Counted from the first letter of the stretch, positions 8,359-18,579 are shown. The stretch: 64,000 nt of DNA from an uncultured Verrucomicrobiae bacterium (GCA_963719495.1 CAVRCI010000012.1:1-64000), one strand, 5' to 3'. The notes: generated by a model not told the origin, from the sequence alone. A program made the numbers and translations.

Positions 8359-11358
8359 ATGCCGGTTCGCCAGATGCCCGAGCCACTCCGATTCCAGCAC
8401 TACGAAGTCGCCCGTCGCCCCGACGGCAGCCCCGTCGAGCTCGGCCGAGGAGCCATGGGCATCACCTACCGGGCCTTCGACACCAACCTCCGCGCCGACG
8501 TCGCGCTCAAGGTCATCAGCGGCGCCTACCTCAACAGCGACGTCGCCCGCGAACGTTTCCTCCGCGAAGCCCGCGCCGCCGCCGCCATCCGCCACCCCAA
8601 CGTCGCCACCGTCTTCCACCTCGGCGACGCCGAGGAATCCTACTTCTACGCGATGGAATTCGTCGACGGCGAGACCGTCGAGCGCCTCATGCGCCGCGAC
8701 GGAGCGTTCCCCACCCTCCGCGCCCTCGACATCGCCTCCCAGGTCGCCCGCGCCCTCGGCGCCGCGCAAAAGCAGAATCTCGTCCACCGCGACATCAAGC
8801 CGTCGAACATCATGCTCACCCGCGACGAGGACGACGACGAAGACCTCGTCAAAGTCATCGACTTCGGCCTCGCGAAAACCGCCGCGACCACCACCGACGG
8901 CGGCGACGCCCCGACCCTCACCATGGGCGGCTTCCTCGGCACCCCCCACTTCGCCAGCCCCGAGCAGCTCGACGAGCGCGAACTCGACGTCCGCTCCGAC
9001 ATCTACAGCCTCGGCGTCACCCTCTTCTACATGCTCGCCGGCGAAGTCCCCTTCGGCGGTTCCCTCGCGCAGACCATCAGCCGCCACCTCCAACACCAGC
9101 CGCCCTGGGAAAAAATCGCCACCCAGCCGACCGCCGTCCGCGACCTGCTCGAGCGCATGATGGCGAAAAACCCCGCCGACCGCTTCGCCAACCCGCTCGA
9201 ACTCCGCCGCGCCATCGATCAGGTCATCACCACCGTCGACCGCGACGACCTCGAAGTCCCCGGCGGCACCCAGGCCGAGCCCCTCGCCGACGCCTCCACC
9301 GCCTCGCTACCGCCCGCCCACGCCGAGACCGCCGTCGCCATCCGCGCCGGCCAGCGCCTCGCCGACCGCTACGAACTCCTCGAAGAAATCCCCGCCAACC
9401 CCCTCGGCCGCCGTTTTCGAGCCCGCAACGTCGACACCAACGACGCCGTCGGCCTCATCCTCCTCGACCCCGGCCGCCTCCCCACGTCCGACGCCCGCAA
9501 CCGTTTCGAAGCCGAGATCTCCGCCCTCCAGGCCGTCCGCCATCCCGTCATCCTCCGCATCGACGGAGTCGAGGACGACCCACCCCACACCTGGGTCACC
9601 CACGAATGGGTCGAAGGTCCCACCCTCCTCGACGAGATCCGGGGCCGCGGACCCTTCGCGCCCGCCAGCGCCGCCGACCTCGCCACCGGGATTGCCGCCG
9701 GACTTGCCGCCCTCGCCAACGCCCGCGTCACCTGCCCCGTCCTCACCCCCGCCTCGATCCGCCTGCCCCGCACCGAGCCCGGCGTGAAAATCGACGCCCT
9801 CAACGCCGATTCCATCCCCTCCATCTCCTCGATGGCCGTCCTCGCCGACTCCGCCATCCGCCGACTCCGGGCCCGCGGCTTCTTCACCGACCACCCCGCA
9901 GCCGAGTTCACCTACGCCCTCGCCAGCATCGCCTACGAAATGCTCAGCGGCGTCCGCCCCGGAGGCCCCGACCAGCCCTACGTCCCCGTCCCCCGCCTCT
10001 CCGACTCCGCCAACGAACTCCTCCGAGCCGGCCTCGACCCCCGCACGGAACGCCGCGCGGTCGTCCCCTACGCCGAAGCCCTCGCCACCGCCCTCCGCGG
10101 TTCGAATTCACCCGCACCCTCCCGCGACGCCCGCCCGGCCTTCGAACCCTCAAATCACCGCAAGCTCCTCATCGCCGGTTGCGCCGCCGTCGTTCTCCTC
10201 GGCCTCCTGCTGCTCGTCCTGCCCGGTTCCGGTGACGAATCCCCAGCCCCAACCGCGGAACCCACACCCACTCTGGCCGACACGACCCCGCAGCCGACCC
10301 CGCAGCCAACCCCCACCCCACCACCCGCCGACCCCGTCGCCGACGCCCTCGTGGAATCCGGCGACCGCTCCGCCATCGGCGACCTCGCCGGAGCCTTCGC
10401 CGCCCTCGACACCCTCGCTCCCCCGCTCGCCACCGACCCCCGGGTCAGCCTGGCCTACGAAAATCTCGCCGCCCGCCTCCGCGAAGACCCCACCGACCTC
10501 GCACCCTTCCAAACCGCGCTCGAATCCGCCGCCGGAGCCAATTCCCTCTCCGCCACCTTCCTCCTCGCCAGTTTCTACGACCAGCAGGGCCGCGCCGACG
10601 AAGCCTTCCCGCTCTACCGCGCCGCCGCCCTCGCCGGAGACGCCGAGGCGATGACCAAAACCGGTGCCGCCTACGCCGCCGGTTGGGGCACCGAACAAAG
10701 CTGGCCTCGGTCCATCGAGTGGTTCGAGCGCGCCGCAGCCGCCGGCGACCCCGCCGCCAGTTATGCCCTCGGCGAATGCTACGCCCTCGGAAAAGGCGTC
10801 GAAAAAAACCCCGGCAAAGCCTACGGTTACCTCGAGCTCGCCGCCCGGGGCTACGACCACATCCTCGCCAAAACCCTTCTCGGCGACCTCTACCTCAACG
10901 GAGCCTTCGGCGAGCCCAACAACACCGAAGCCGCCCGCCTCTTCACCGAAGCCGCCGACCAGGGCTCCCTCGTCGCCCGCGCCAAACTCGGCGTCATGAT
11001 CTACAGCGGCAAAGTCGTCGACGGCCAGCCCATCGAAGGCAAACCCAAGCCATCGAAGGAAGGTTATCGGGAAGCGTTCCGGATCTTCGAGGCCGGCGCC
11101 GCCCAGGACCACCCATTGTCGCTCTATTACCACGCCCTCCTTTTGGAGACCGGCACCGGCACCACCGAAAAAGATCCGGCAACCGCCAAAGCCGAATTCA
11201 TCCGAGCCGCGAGAGCCGGCGAAAAAAACGCCATAGCCTGGTGCCGCCGCAACAACGTCACCTACGAAATCTCCGACCTCACCCTCCCGCCGGAACCATC
11301 CGAGCAACCCCTCCCAGAAACGCCACAAGCCGACCAGACCGAGACCCCGGCGGGGTAG
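8359..11358 (+). CDS. Ser/Thr protein kinase with a second degenerate kinase domain, TM helix and Sel1 repeats
   Basis: LGRGAMG, VALKVI, HRDIKPSN, DFG and GTPHFASPEQ in domain 1. The second kinase-like domain lacks these. TM LLIAGCAAVVLLGLLLLVL, a Pro/Thr linker, then Sel1 repeats (A..LG..Y..G.G). Confidence 0.92.
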   Translation: MPVRQMPEPLRFQHYEVARRPDGSPVELGRGAMGITYRAFDTNLRADVALKVISGAYLNSDVARERFLREARAAAAIRHPNVATVFHLGDAEESYFYAMEFVDGETVERLMRRDGAFPTLRALDIASQVARALGAAQKQNLVHRDIKPSNIMLTRDEDDDEDLVKVIDFGLAKTAATTTDGGDAPTLTMGGFLGTPHFASPEQLDERELDVRSDIYSLGVTLFYMLAGEVPFGGSLAQTISRHLQHQPPWEKIATQPTAVRDLLERMMAKNPADRFANPLELRRAIDQVITTVDRDDLEVPGGTQAEPLADASTASLPPAHAETAVAIRAGQRLADRYELLEEIPANPLGRRFRARNVDTNDAVGLILLDPGRLPTSDARNRFEAEISALQAVRHPVILRIDGVEDDPPHTWVTHEWVEGPTLLDEIRGRGPFAPASAADLATGIAAGLAALANARVTCPVLTPASIRLPRTEPGVKIDALNADSIPSISSMAVLADSAIRRLRARGFFTDHPAAEFTYALASIAYEMLSGVRPGGPDQPYVPVPRLSDSANELLRAGLDPRTERRAVVPYAEALATALRGSNSPAPSRDARPAFEPSNHRKLLIAGCAAVVLLGLLLLVLPGSGDESPAPTAEPTPTLADTTPQPTPQPTPTPPPADPVADALVESGDRSAIGDLAGAFAALDTLAPPLATDPRVSLAYENLAARLREDPTDLAPFQTALESAAGANSLSATFLLASFYDQQGRADEAFPLYRAAALAGDAEAMTKTGAAYAAGWGTEQSWPRSIEWFERAAAAGDPAASYALGECYALGKGVEKNPGKAYGYLELAARGYDHILAKTLLGDLYLNGAFGEPNNTEAARLFTEAADQGSLVARAKLGVMIYSGKVVDGQPIEGKPKPSKEGYREAFRIFEAGAAQDHPLSLYYHALLLETGTGTTEKDPATAKAEFIRAARAGEKNAIAWCRRNNVTYEISDLTLPPEPSEQPLPETPQADQTETPAG

Positions 11359-11438
11359 AAAGAGGAGGCGCCCCAGGGATGGGCAACAGACTCCCGCCCG
11401 GAACCCGGTCCCATCGGGACCCCCTCGTCCAAAAATCG

Positions 11439-11580
11439 CTGTCATCCTGAGCGAAGCGAAGGATCTCTGGCTTACACTTGCATTCACGCCCGCAATCCTG
11501 AGGAGCCAGAGATTGCCTTTTTTGAGAGGTGATTGAAGTGAAAGGCGGTCGATGGTTCTTCGCTTCACTCAGGATGACAG
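11439..11580. repeat. MITE-like element with inverted CTGTCATCCTGAG(C/T)GAAGCGAAG ends (family F)
   Basis: Inverted termini at 11439 and 11580. Related copies at 40693-40732 (half element) and 56356-56454 (full). Confidence 0.7.
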
Positions 11581-11642
11581 GTCTTGAAGCCACTCCGCGC
11601 ACCCGCCACCCGCCACCCGCCACCACCCCTCACCTCACCCGC

Positions 11643-12905
11643 CAGGGCCGACGCATCAAAAAAGATCGCGATGGAGGAAGTTTGGGCTGGTACTATATTT
11701 TCCCGTGCGTAGATGGAGGAGATGCCCGAAACGCATCCCATCCAAAAAAGCCTGATCGAAGAGTTCAAACGCATAGAAGATCCGCGAGTATCGCGCACTC
11801 GCTACCATGAGTTGAGCGACATTCTAGTGATCGCGATCTCGACGCTTTTGTGCGCGGGCACGTCTTTCTACGACATGGAAGAGTTCGGTCGGGCCAAGGA
11901 AAAATGGTTCCGAACGTTTCTGAAGTTGCCCAACGGCATCCCCAGCCACGACACGTTCAATCGCGTGTTTTCGCTGATCAATCCGGCGAGTTTTCACGAG
12001 TGCTTCATGAGGTGGACGCAGAGCGTGCGCGAACACATCGACCGGGAAATCGTCGCCGTCGACGGCAAAGCCCTCCGCGCAGCCTGCCAGGACGGCGGGA
12101 ATGTGCGCTTCATCGTCAATGCTTGGGCAACCAGCAATCGACTTGTCCTGGGGCAGCTCGAAGTGCCCGACAAAACCAACGAAATCACGGCGGTTCCCAC
12201 GCTGCTGCGAGCGTTGGAACTGCGTGGCTGCATCGTGAGCACCGACGCGATGGGGTGCCAGAAAGAGATCGCCCGAGAAATCATCGAGGCCGACGCCGAT
12301 TACGTTCTCGCTCTCAAAGGCAATCACCAAACCGTCCATGAGGAAGTCAAAAGCTTCCTCGATGCCGAATTTGATCGCGAGCTCCAGAGCCCTCCAGTGC
12401 CCAAACCATCCACGAAGAAACCACCAAGCGCTCCCACTTTCGCATTCCTGGAAACCGTCGACAAAGGCCACGGGCGCTTGGAAATCCGGCGCTATTTCCA
12501 AAGCGTCGCCATCGACTGGTTCGCAGACATCAGCCAATGGGAAGGGCTGCAGAGCGTCGGAATGGTCGAATCCAGCCGCGAAATCAAAGGTCAAATCAGC
12601 GTGGAAAGACGCTACTTCCTGAGCAGCCTGCCCCTCGACGTCGGACTTTTCGCTCAAGCCGTCCGTGGACATTGGGGCGTGGAAAACTCCTGCCACTGGG
12701 TCTTGGACGTCATCCTGCGCGAAGATGGTTCCCGCGCTCGAACCGCTCACGCCGCCGAGAATCTCGCCACCCTGCGCCGCCTCGCCCTAAACCTGCTCTC
12801 TCGCGAAAAGTCCAAAAAACGCAGCATCAAGACCAAACAACTCGTCGCAGCCTGGGATCACGACTTCCTCCTGCACCTCCTCAATTTTTAGATGCGTCGG
12901 CCCTG
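11643..12905 (+). mobile_element. Complete ISAs1-family insertion sequence (1263 bp)
   Basis: IRL CAGGGCCGACGCATCAAAAAA and IRR reverse complement CAGGGCCGACGCATCTAAAAA (20/21 match). Perfect 10-bp direct repeat CCTCACCCGC at 11633-11642 and 12906-12915. Confidence 0.95.
11713..12891 (+). CDS. ISAs1 family transposase
   Basis: DPR, GIPSHDTF, AVDGK, KTNEI, DAMGCQ, LALKGNH, HWGVEN.CHWVLDV. Confidence 0.97.
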   Translation: MEEMPETHPIQKSLIEEFKRIEDPRVSRTRYHELSDILVIAISTLLCAGTSFYDMEEFGRAKEKWFRTFLKLPNGIPSHDTFNRVFSLINPASFHECFMRWTQSVREHIDREIVAVDGKALRAACQDGGNVRFIVNAWATSNRLVLGQLEVPDKTNEITAVPTLLRALELRGCIVSTDAMGCQKEIAREIIEADADYVLALKGNHQTVHEEVKSFLDAEFDRELQSPPVPKPSTKKPPSAPTFAFLETVDKGHGRLEIRRYFQSVAIDWFADISQWEGLQSVGMVESSREIKGQISVERRYFLSSLPLDVGLFAQAVRGHWGVENSCHWVLDVILREDGSRARTAHAAENLATLRRLALNLLSREKSKKRSIKTKQLVAAWDHDFLLHLLNF

Positions 12906-12960
12906 CCTCACCCGCATCCAACCTTGCCCCCCACGTCCACCCGCGCCAACCTGAGCCAAA

Positions 12961-14352
12961 ATGGCGCGCGAAAAGACCATCCTCATCGTCGACGACGAAA
13001 AAAACACCCGTGACGGCCTCCGCGACGCCCTCGAAGACGGCTTCGAAGTCTACACCGCCCCCGACGCCGCCGGAGCCCTCGTCGCCATGGAGTCCGAGCC
13101 ACCCGACGTCCTCCTCACCGATCTCCGACTCGGCGGCGAGGACGGCATGTCCCTCATCGAAAAAGCGCTCAAACGTCCCAAGCCGCCAATCTGCATCATG
13201 ATGACCGCCTACGGATCGGTCGACACCGCCGTCGAGGCCATGAAGCGCGGCGCCTACGATTTCGTCACGAAGCCGGTCAACATCGACCGCCTCGAGATCC
13301 TCGTCCGCCGAGCCCTCCGCGACCGCGAGACCCAGCGCGAAAACGTCGAGCTCAAGGAAAAGGTCAGCCAATCCGGCTCCCTCCACACCATGCTCGGCCG
13401 CTCCCCGGCCATGGTCCACGTCTTCGACACCATCCGCCAGGTCGCCCCCTCCCGCGCCACCGTCCTCATCCAGGGCGAAAGCGGCACCGGCAAGGAACTT
13501 GCCGCCCACGCCATCCACAATCTCAGCAACCGCGCCGCCCGCCGCTTCGTCGCCATCCACTGCATGGCCCTCTCCCCTCAGCTCCTCGAAAGCGAACTCT
13601 TCGGCCACGAACGCGGGGCCTTCACCGGCGCGACCGAGCGCCGCGCCGGTCGGTTCGAGCAAGCCGCCGGCGGCACCATCTTCCTCGACGAAATCGGCGA
13701 AATCGACGCTTCAACCCAGGTAAAAATCCTCCGCATCCTCGGCGAACGCACCTTCGAGCGAGTCGGCGGCAACCAAACCATCCAGGCCGACGTCCGCCTC
13801 GTCGCCGCCACCAACAAGGACCTCGCCACCCTCGTCGCCGAAGGTAAATTTCGCGACGACCTCTTCTTCCGCCTCAACGTCGTCCAGCTCACGATGCCCC
13901 CGCTCCGCACCCGCCGCGAGGACATCCCGCTCCTCGTCCAGACCTTCCTCAAACAAGCCGCCGAGGAAAACGAAAAGCCCCCGCGCGAACTCACCCCCGA
14001 GGCCATGGCCTGCATCCTCGACTACGACTGGCCCGGCAATGTCCGCGAACTCCGCACCGCCGTCGAACACGGCGTCGTCATGGCCAGCACCGCCCGCATC
14101 GGCCTGCGCGACCTCCCGACCTTCGTCCGCGAGTCCGTCCCCGCCATCCGAATCGCCACCGCGCACCCCGCCGACCCCGACCTCCCGCCCCCCGCGTCGG
14201 ATGCTTTGAATTTGCACCATTCCGAGCGAGCGCTTATCTATCGTGCCCTCGAAGAAACCGGCGGCAACCGAACCAAAGCCGCCCAACGACTGGGCCTCAG
14301 CCGACGCACCCTCCACCGCCGCCTCAAAGAACTCGAAATCACCAAAAAATAA
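12961..14352 (+). CDS. Sigma-54-dependent response regulator (NtrC/AtoC family)
   Basis: Receiver domain (ILIVDDE, LLTD); GESGTGKE; intact GAFTGA; FLDEIGE; WPGNVREL; Fis-type HTH. Confidence 0.95.
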   Translation: MAREKTILIVDDEKNTRDGLRDALEDGFEVYTAPDAAGALVAMESEPPDVLLTDLRLGGEDGMSLIEKALKRPKPPICIMMTAYGSVDTAVEAMKRGAYDFVTKPVNIDRLEILVRRALRDRETQRENVELKEKVSQSGSLHTMLGRSPAMVHVFDTIRQVAPSRATVLIQGESGTGKELAAHAIHNLSNRAARRFVAIHCMALSPQLLESELFGHERGAFTGATERRAGRFEQAAGGTIFLDEIGEIDASTQVKILRILGERTFERVGGNQTIQADVRLVAATNKDLATLVAEGKFRDDLFFRLNVVQLTMPPLRTRREDIPLLVQTFLKQAAEENEKPPRELTPEAMACILDYDWPGNVRELRTAVEHGVVMASTARIGLRDLPTFVRESVPAIRIATAHPADPDLPPPASDALNLHHSERALIYRALEETGGNRTKAAQRLGLSRRTLHRRLKELEITKK

Positions 14353-14359
14353 AAGAACC

Positions 14360-14411
14360 GTGGCATCGGCTTCCAGCCGATCACCAATCCAAAGCGCGAA
14401 GCGCCACTCCA
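14360..14411 (+). repeat. REP-like hairpin family D (GTGGCATCGGCTTCCAGCCGATCAC...AAGCGCGAAGCGCC)
   Basis: Copies at 14360, 16333 (variant), 38539 and 62076, all in the same orientation. Confidence 0.75.
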
Positions 14412-14456
14412 AAACCGCACCGCACCGCACCACGGGAAAAGAACCCTCACCCTCAC

Positions 14457-14516
14457 GACCTTCGACCTTCGAGACCTTCGACCTTCGAGACCTTCGACCT
14501 TCCAGACCTTCCGACC
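14457..14516 (+). repeat. Tandem GACCTTC(GA) short-repeat array
   Basis: GACCTTCGACCTTCGAGACCTTCGACCTTCGAGACCTTCGACCTTCCAGACCTTCCGACC. Confidence 0.8.
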
Positions 14517-14527
14517 CACCCATCCCC

Positions 14528-16336
14528 ATGCCCGTCTCCGCCTCCGGCTTCCAGCAAGCCGTCCACTCCCTTGAACAAGGCAAACTCGCCCCGATCATCC
14601 GCGGCGTCGTCGCGGTCATCGCGCTGATTGCCGTCACCCTCCTCTACCTCTTCGTCCAGTTCGCCGGATTCAACAGCGAAACCGCGATGGACCAGGCTCA
14701 GATCGCCCGGTCGATCTCGTCCGGCGAAGGGTTCACCACCCGCTACGTCCGGCCGATGGCGCTGTGGCAGCTCCAGGAGAATGGGATCGACATCCCCGCC
14801 GACGGTCTCGCCGACACTTCGAATCCTCCCCTCCCGTCCCTGGTCAACGCGATCCCGCTCTCCCTCATCAAAGGCGCGCTCGAGATGGAGCCCACCGACC
14901 TGATCTACGCCGGTGACCGCGCCATCGCCTTCACGTCGATCCTCATCTTCATCGCGGCCGTCGTCGCGGCCTACTTCGTCGCCCGGCGCCTCTTCGACGC
15001 CCAACTCGCCTTCTACGCCTGCGCGATCCTGATCGTCACCGACATCCTCTGGCAATTTTCGCTGTCGGGGCTCTCCCAACCCCTGCTTTTGCTGCTGTTT
15101 CTGGGCACCGCGTATCTGCTCCTGCTCGGGCTCGACCGCCAGGAGGACGCCGAAAATTCCGGCGGCCTCGCCCCTTGGCTCCTGCAACTCGGCATCGGCC
15201 TCGGCTTCGGCCTCATGACGCTCACGCACTACCTCGCGTGCTGGTTCTTCCTCGGTTATCTCGTTTTCGCGTTCATCTACTTTCGGCCGCGCATTCTTCC
15301 ACTCGCCGCGATTCTCGCGTTTGCCCTCACCCTCACCCCGTGGATCATCCGGAACTACGCGGTCTCCGGCAGCCCCTTCGGCTTGGCGATCTACCCGATC
15401 AGCGACGCCTCGTTCCTCCGCACCCTGCAGCCGAATTTCGACGACCTCTTCTTCGGCTTCAAACAGAAGATGCGCCTCGGCATCGTCGACCAGATCGGCA
15501 ACCTCTTCGCCTACCTCGGCCTCAGCCTCGCCGCCGGGATGTTTTTCCCATCCCTCTTCCACCGTTTCAAGAGTCCCGCCGCCTCCGCCTTCCGCTGGTG
15601 CGTGCTCGCGATGTGGGTCGGTGCCGTGCTCGGCATGGCCGCCTACGGCCCCATCGATCAAGCAACCGGCAACGTGCAGCTCCACTCGGTCTTCATCCCG
15701 TTCATGGTCTTCTTCGGGCTCGCCTTCCTGCTGGTCCTCTGGAATCGCCTCCACTTCGATCTCTCGATCCTGCGCACCATTTTCATCGGCGTCATCATCG
15801 TCGTCTGCGCCATCCCGATGCTCCTCACGCTCTTCGCCGGGAAGACGCGCGCCATCAACTGGCCGCCCTACATCCCGCCCTACATCGCGATTCTCGGCAC
15901 CTGGTATCAGCCCGACGAGGCCCTCTGCTCCGACATGCCCTGGGCCGTCGCTTGGTATGCCAATCGCAAAACGCTCCTCCTCCCCGATTCGCCCAAGACC
16001 ATGGTCGAGCTCAGCGACTACGAGGTCATCGGCCAGCGCATCGCCGGCCTTTACCTCACCCCCATCACCGGCAATGCGGCGTTGCTGAGCGAGATCATCT
16101 CGGGCACCTATCAAAAATGGGCGCCCTTCATTATTCGGCAACCCAATCTCAGCGGCTTCCCGCTCACGACCGCCGTCCCGCTCCCGGTCGACGGCCAGAC
16201 CATCCTCTACGCCGACTACGACCGCTGGACCCGCGCCGCCGAACGCGCCGCTCAAGCCGCCAAAACCCTCGAAAAAGCCGAGGTCACCGAAGAAGCGGAG
16301 CCCGAAGCAACGCCGCAAACCGAAACTCAGGAGTGA
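14528..16336 (+). CDS. ArnT/PMT-like (GT39/GT83-type) polytopic membrane glycosyltransferase
   Basis: About 12 TM helices; MDQAQIARSI early loop; NPPLPS; PWIIRNY..SGSPF. The ORF-track start at 14243 runs through repeats, so the ATG at 14528 is preferred. Confidence 0.7.
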   Translation: MPVSASGFQQAVHSLEQGKLAPIIRGVVAVIALIAVTLLYLFVQFAGFNSETAMDQAQIARSISSGEGFTTRYVRPMALWQLQENGIDIPADGLADTSNPPLPSLVNAIPLSLIKGALEMEPTDLIYAGDRAIAFTSILIFIAAVVAAYFVARRLFDAQLAFYACAILIVTDILWQFSLSGLSQPLLLLLFLGTAYLLLLGLDRQEDAENSGGLAPWLLQLGIGLGFGLMTLTHYLACWFFLGYLVFAFIYFRPRILPLAAILAFALTLTPWIIRNYAVSGSPFGLAIYPISDASFLRTLQPNFDDLFFGFKQKMRLGIVDQIGNLFAYLGLSLAAGMFFPSLFHRFKSPAASAFRWCVLAMWVGAVLGMAAYGPIDQATGNVQLHSVFIPFMVFFGLAFLLVLWNRLHFDLSILRTIFIGVIIVVCAIPMLLTLFAGKTRAINWPPYIPPYIAILGTWYQPDEALCSDMPWAVAWYANRKTLLLPDSPKTMVELSDYEVIGQRIAGLYLTPITGNAALLSEIISGTYQKWAPFIIRQPNLSGFPLTTAVPLPVDGQTILYADYDRWTRAAERAAQAAKTLEKAEVTEEAEPEATPQTETQE

Positions 16337-16421
16337 CATCGGCATCCCTGCCGATCACCAACCCAAGCGCGAAGCGCCACTCCATTTCTCATTCCGCATT
16401 CCAAATTTCCAATTCAGTAAC

Positions 16422-16682
16422 TTGAGCAAACCGACCACCAGCCAGCCGCCCGCCGAGACCACCCTCGAAGCCGCCCTCACCCGCCTCGACGCCGTCGTGA
16501 AGGAAATGGAAACCGGCGACCTGCCGCTCGAGACCCTCATCGCGCACTTCGAGGAAGGCGTCGCGCTCACCAAAACCTGTCAGGACCGACTCGACCACGC
16601 GGAATCCCGCATTCAGACCATCATTCGGGAGGCCGACGGCGGCGTCCGGCTCGAACCCTTCGACGACGACACCGATGCCTGA
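16422..16682 (+). CDS. xseB: Exodeoxyribonuclease VII small subunit
   Basis: TLEAALTRLDAVVKEMETGDLPLE...FEEGVAL...C...L..AE. Confidence 0.9.
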   Translation: MSKPTTSQPPAETTLEAALTRLDAVVKEMETGDLPLETLIAHFEEGVALTKTCQDRLDHAESRIQTIIREADGGVRLEPFDDDTDA

Positions 16683-18579
16683 TCAACCGCACCAAAAATT
16701 CCTCGACGGCATCGACTCCCCCGCCGACGTCAAACGCCTCGCCGAGGACGACCTCCCCGTCCTCGCTCAGGAAATTCGCGACGAACTCATCTCCGTCCTC
16801 TCGCAGACCGGCGGCCACCTCGGCCCCAACCTCGGCGTCGTCGAGCTCACCCTCGCCCTCCACCGCGTCTTCGACACCCCCGCCGACCGCTTCGTCTTCG
16901 ACGTCAGCCACCAGGGCTACGTCCACAAGCTCCTGACCGGTCGCCGCGACCGCTTCGCCACCATCCGCCAACACGGCGGCCTCAATGGCTTCCTCCTGCG
17001 CACGGAATCCGAGCACGACTGCTACGGAGCCGGTCACGCCGGCACCTCCCTCTCCGCCGCCCTCGGCATGGCCGTCGGCCGCGACCTCCGCGGCGGCAAC
17101 GAACACGTCGTCTGCGTCGCCGGCGACGCCGCCTTCACCTGCGGTGTCACCTTCGAAGCCCTCAACAACGCCAGCTCCGCCACGAAGCGCCTCATCGTCG
17201 TCCTCAACGACAACGAATGGTCCATCGCGAAAAACGTTGGCGCCGTCTCCGAATACCTCAACCGCCTCGTCACCAACCCCGCCTACGCCCAGCTCCACGA
17301 CCAGGCGGCCAAGTTCGTCGAATGGATCGGCGGCCGCACCGCCCGCAAGCTCGCCCACAAAGCCGAAGCCAGCCTGAAAAACCTCATCGCCCCCAGCGTC
17401 ATCTTCGAAGACCTCGGCTTCCGCTACTACGGCCCGATCGACGGCCACGACGTCGGCCTGCTCACCCGCACGTTCGAATTTCTCAAGACGCAGACCGAAC
17501 CCGTCATCCTCCACATCCTCACGAAGAAGGGTAAAGGCTACGCGCCCGCCCTCGCCAAGCCCGACAAGTTCCACGGCCTCGGCAAGTTCGCCCTCGATAC
17601 CGGCGAAACCGTCGCGTCCCCGACCCCGACCTATTCCCAAATCTTCGGCGAAAAGCTCGCCGACTTCGCCGATCACAACACCCGCATCGTCGCCATCACC
17701 GCCGCCATGCCCAGCGGCACCGGCCTCACCCACTTCGCCAAGCGCCACCCCGGCCGCACCTACGACGTCGGCATTGCCGAGGAGCACGCCGCCCTCTTCG
17801 CCTGCGGCCTCGCCACCCAAGGCATGAAGCCCTTCCTCGCCATTTATTCAACGTTCATGCAGCGCGCCTACGACATGGTCATCCACGACATGGCGTTGCA
17901 GGGGCTCAACGTCGCCATCTGCCTGGACCGCGCCGGCCTCGCCGGCGACGACGGCCCCACCCACCACGGCCTCTTCGACATCGGCTACCTCCGTCACATT
18001 CCGAATCTCGTCCACATGCAGCCCAGGGACGAAGACGAATTCGTCGACATGCTCTGGACGATGGCCCACTACCACGACGGCCCCATCGCCATCCGCTACC
18101 CCCGCGGAGCCGGCAACGGCACCGTCCCCAAAGACCAACCCAAACTCCTCGACATCGGCAAATCCGAAGTCCTCCGCCACGGCAAACGCGTCGCCCTCGT
18201 CGCCCTCGGCAACATGGTCGACGTCGCCCTCGAAACCGCCGACCAACTCCGTGACGACCACGGCATCGAGGCCGCCGTCATCAACGCCCGCTGGATCAAG
18301 CCGCTCGACACCGCCACCATCGAATTCTTCGCCCGCGGCTGCGACGTCCTCTGCACCTTCGAAGACCACGTCCTCCACAACGGCTTTGGCTGCGCCGTCA
18401 TCGAACACCTCAGCACCCAACGCATCACCACCCCCGTCGTGAGAATCGGCTGGCCCGACGAATTCATCGACCACGGCACCATACCGCTCCTGAGGGAACG
18501 CCACGGCCTAACGGCAAAAAACGCCATCGCCCAAATCACCGCCGAACTCCCCCCGGAGAAGAAAGCCGCGGCGGCTTAG
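16675..18579 (+). CDS. dxs: 1-deoxy-D-xylulose-5-phosphate synthase
   Basis: GGHLGPNLGVVELT, HQGYVHKLLTGR, YYGPIDGHD, DVGIAEEHA, DRAGLAGDDGPTHHG. Confidence 0.98.
   Translation: MPDQPHQKFLDGIDSPADVKRLAEDDLPVLAQEIRDELISVLSQTGGHLGPNLGVVELTLALHRVFDTPADRFVFDVSHQGYVHKLLTGRRDRFATIRQHGGLNGFLLRTESEHDCYGAGHAGTSLSAALGMAVGRDLRGGNEHVVCVAGDAAFTCGVTFEALNNASSATKRLIVVLNDNEWSIAKNVGAVSEYLNRLVTNPAYAQLHDQAAKFVEWIGGRTARKLAHKAEASLKNLIAPSVIFEDLGFRYYGPIDGHDVGLLTRTFEFLKTQTEPVILHILTKKGKGYAPALAKPDKFHGLGKFALDTGETVASPTPTYSQIFGEKLADFADHNTRIVAITAAMPSGTGLTHFAKRHPGRTYDVGIAEEHAALFACGLATQGMKPFLAIYSTFMQRAYDMVIHDMALQGLNVAICLDRAGLAGDDGPTHHGLFDIGYLRHIPNLVHMQPRDEDEFVDMLWTMAHYHDGPIAIRYPRGAGNGTVPKDQPKLLDIGKSEVLRHGKRVALVALGNMVDVALETADQLRDDHGIEAAVINARWIKPLDTATIEFFARGCDVLCTFEDHVLHNGFGCAVIEHLSTQRITTPVVRIGWPDEFIDHGTIPLLRERHGLTAKNAIAQITAELPPEKKAAAA

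Noticed and set aside
10095..10115. GGTTCGAATTC resembling a tRNA T-loop
   Set aside because: It lies inside the kinase CDS and no cloverleaf can be formed.
14457..14516. Regular repeats as a possible CRISPR array
   Set aside because: Units are 7-9 bp with no unique spacers, and there are no cas genes in the window.
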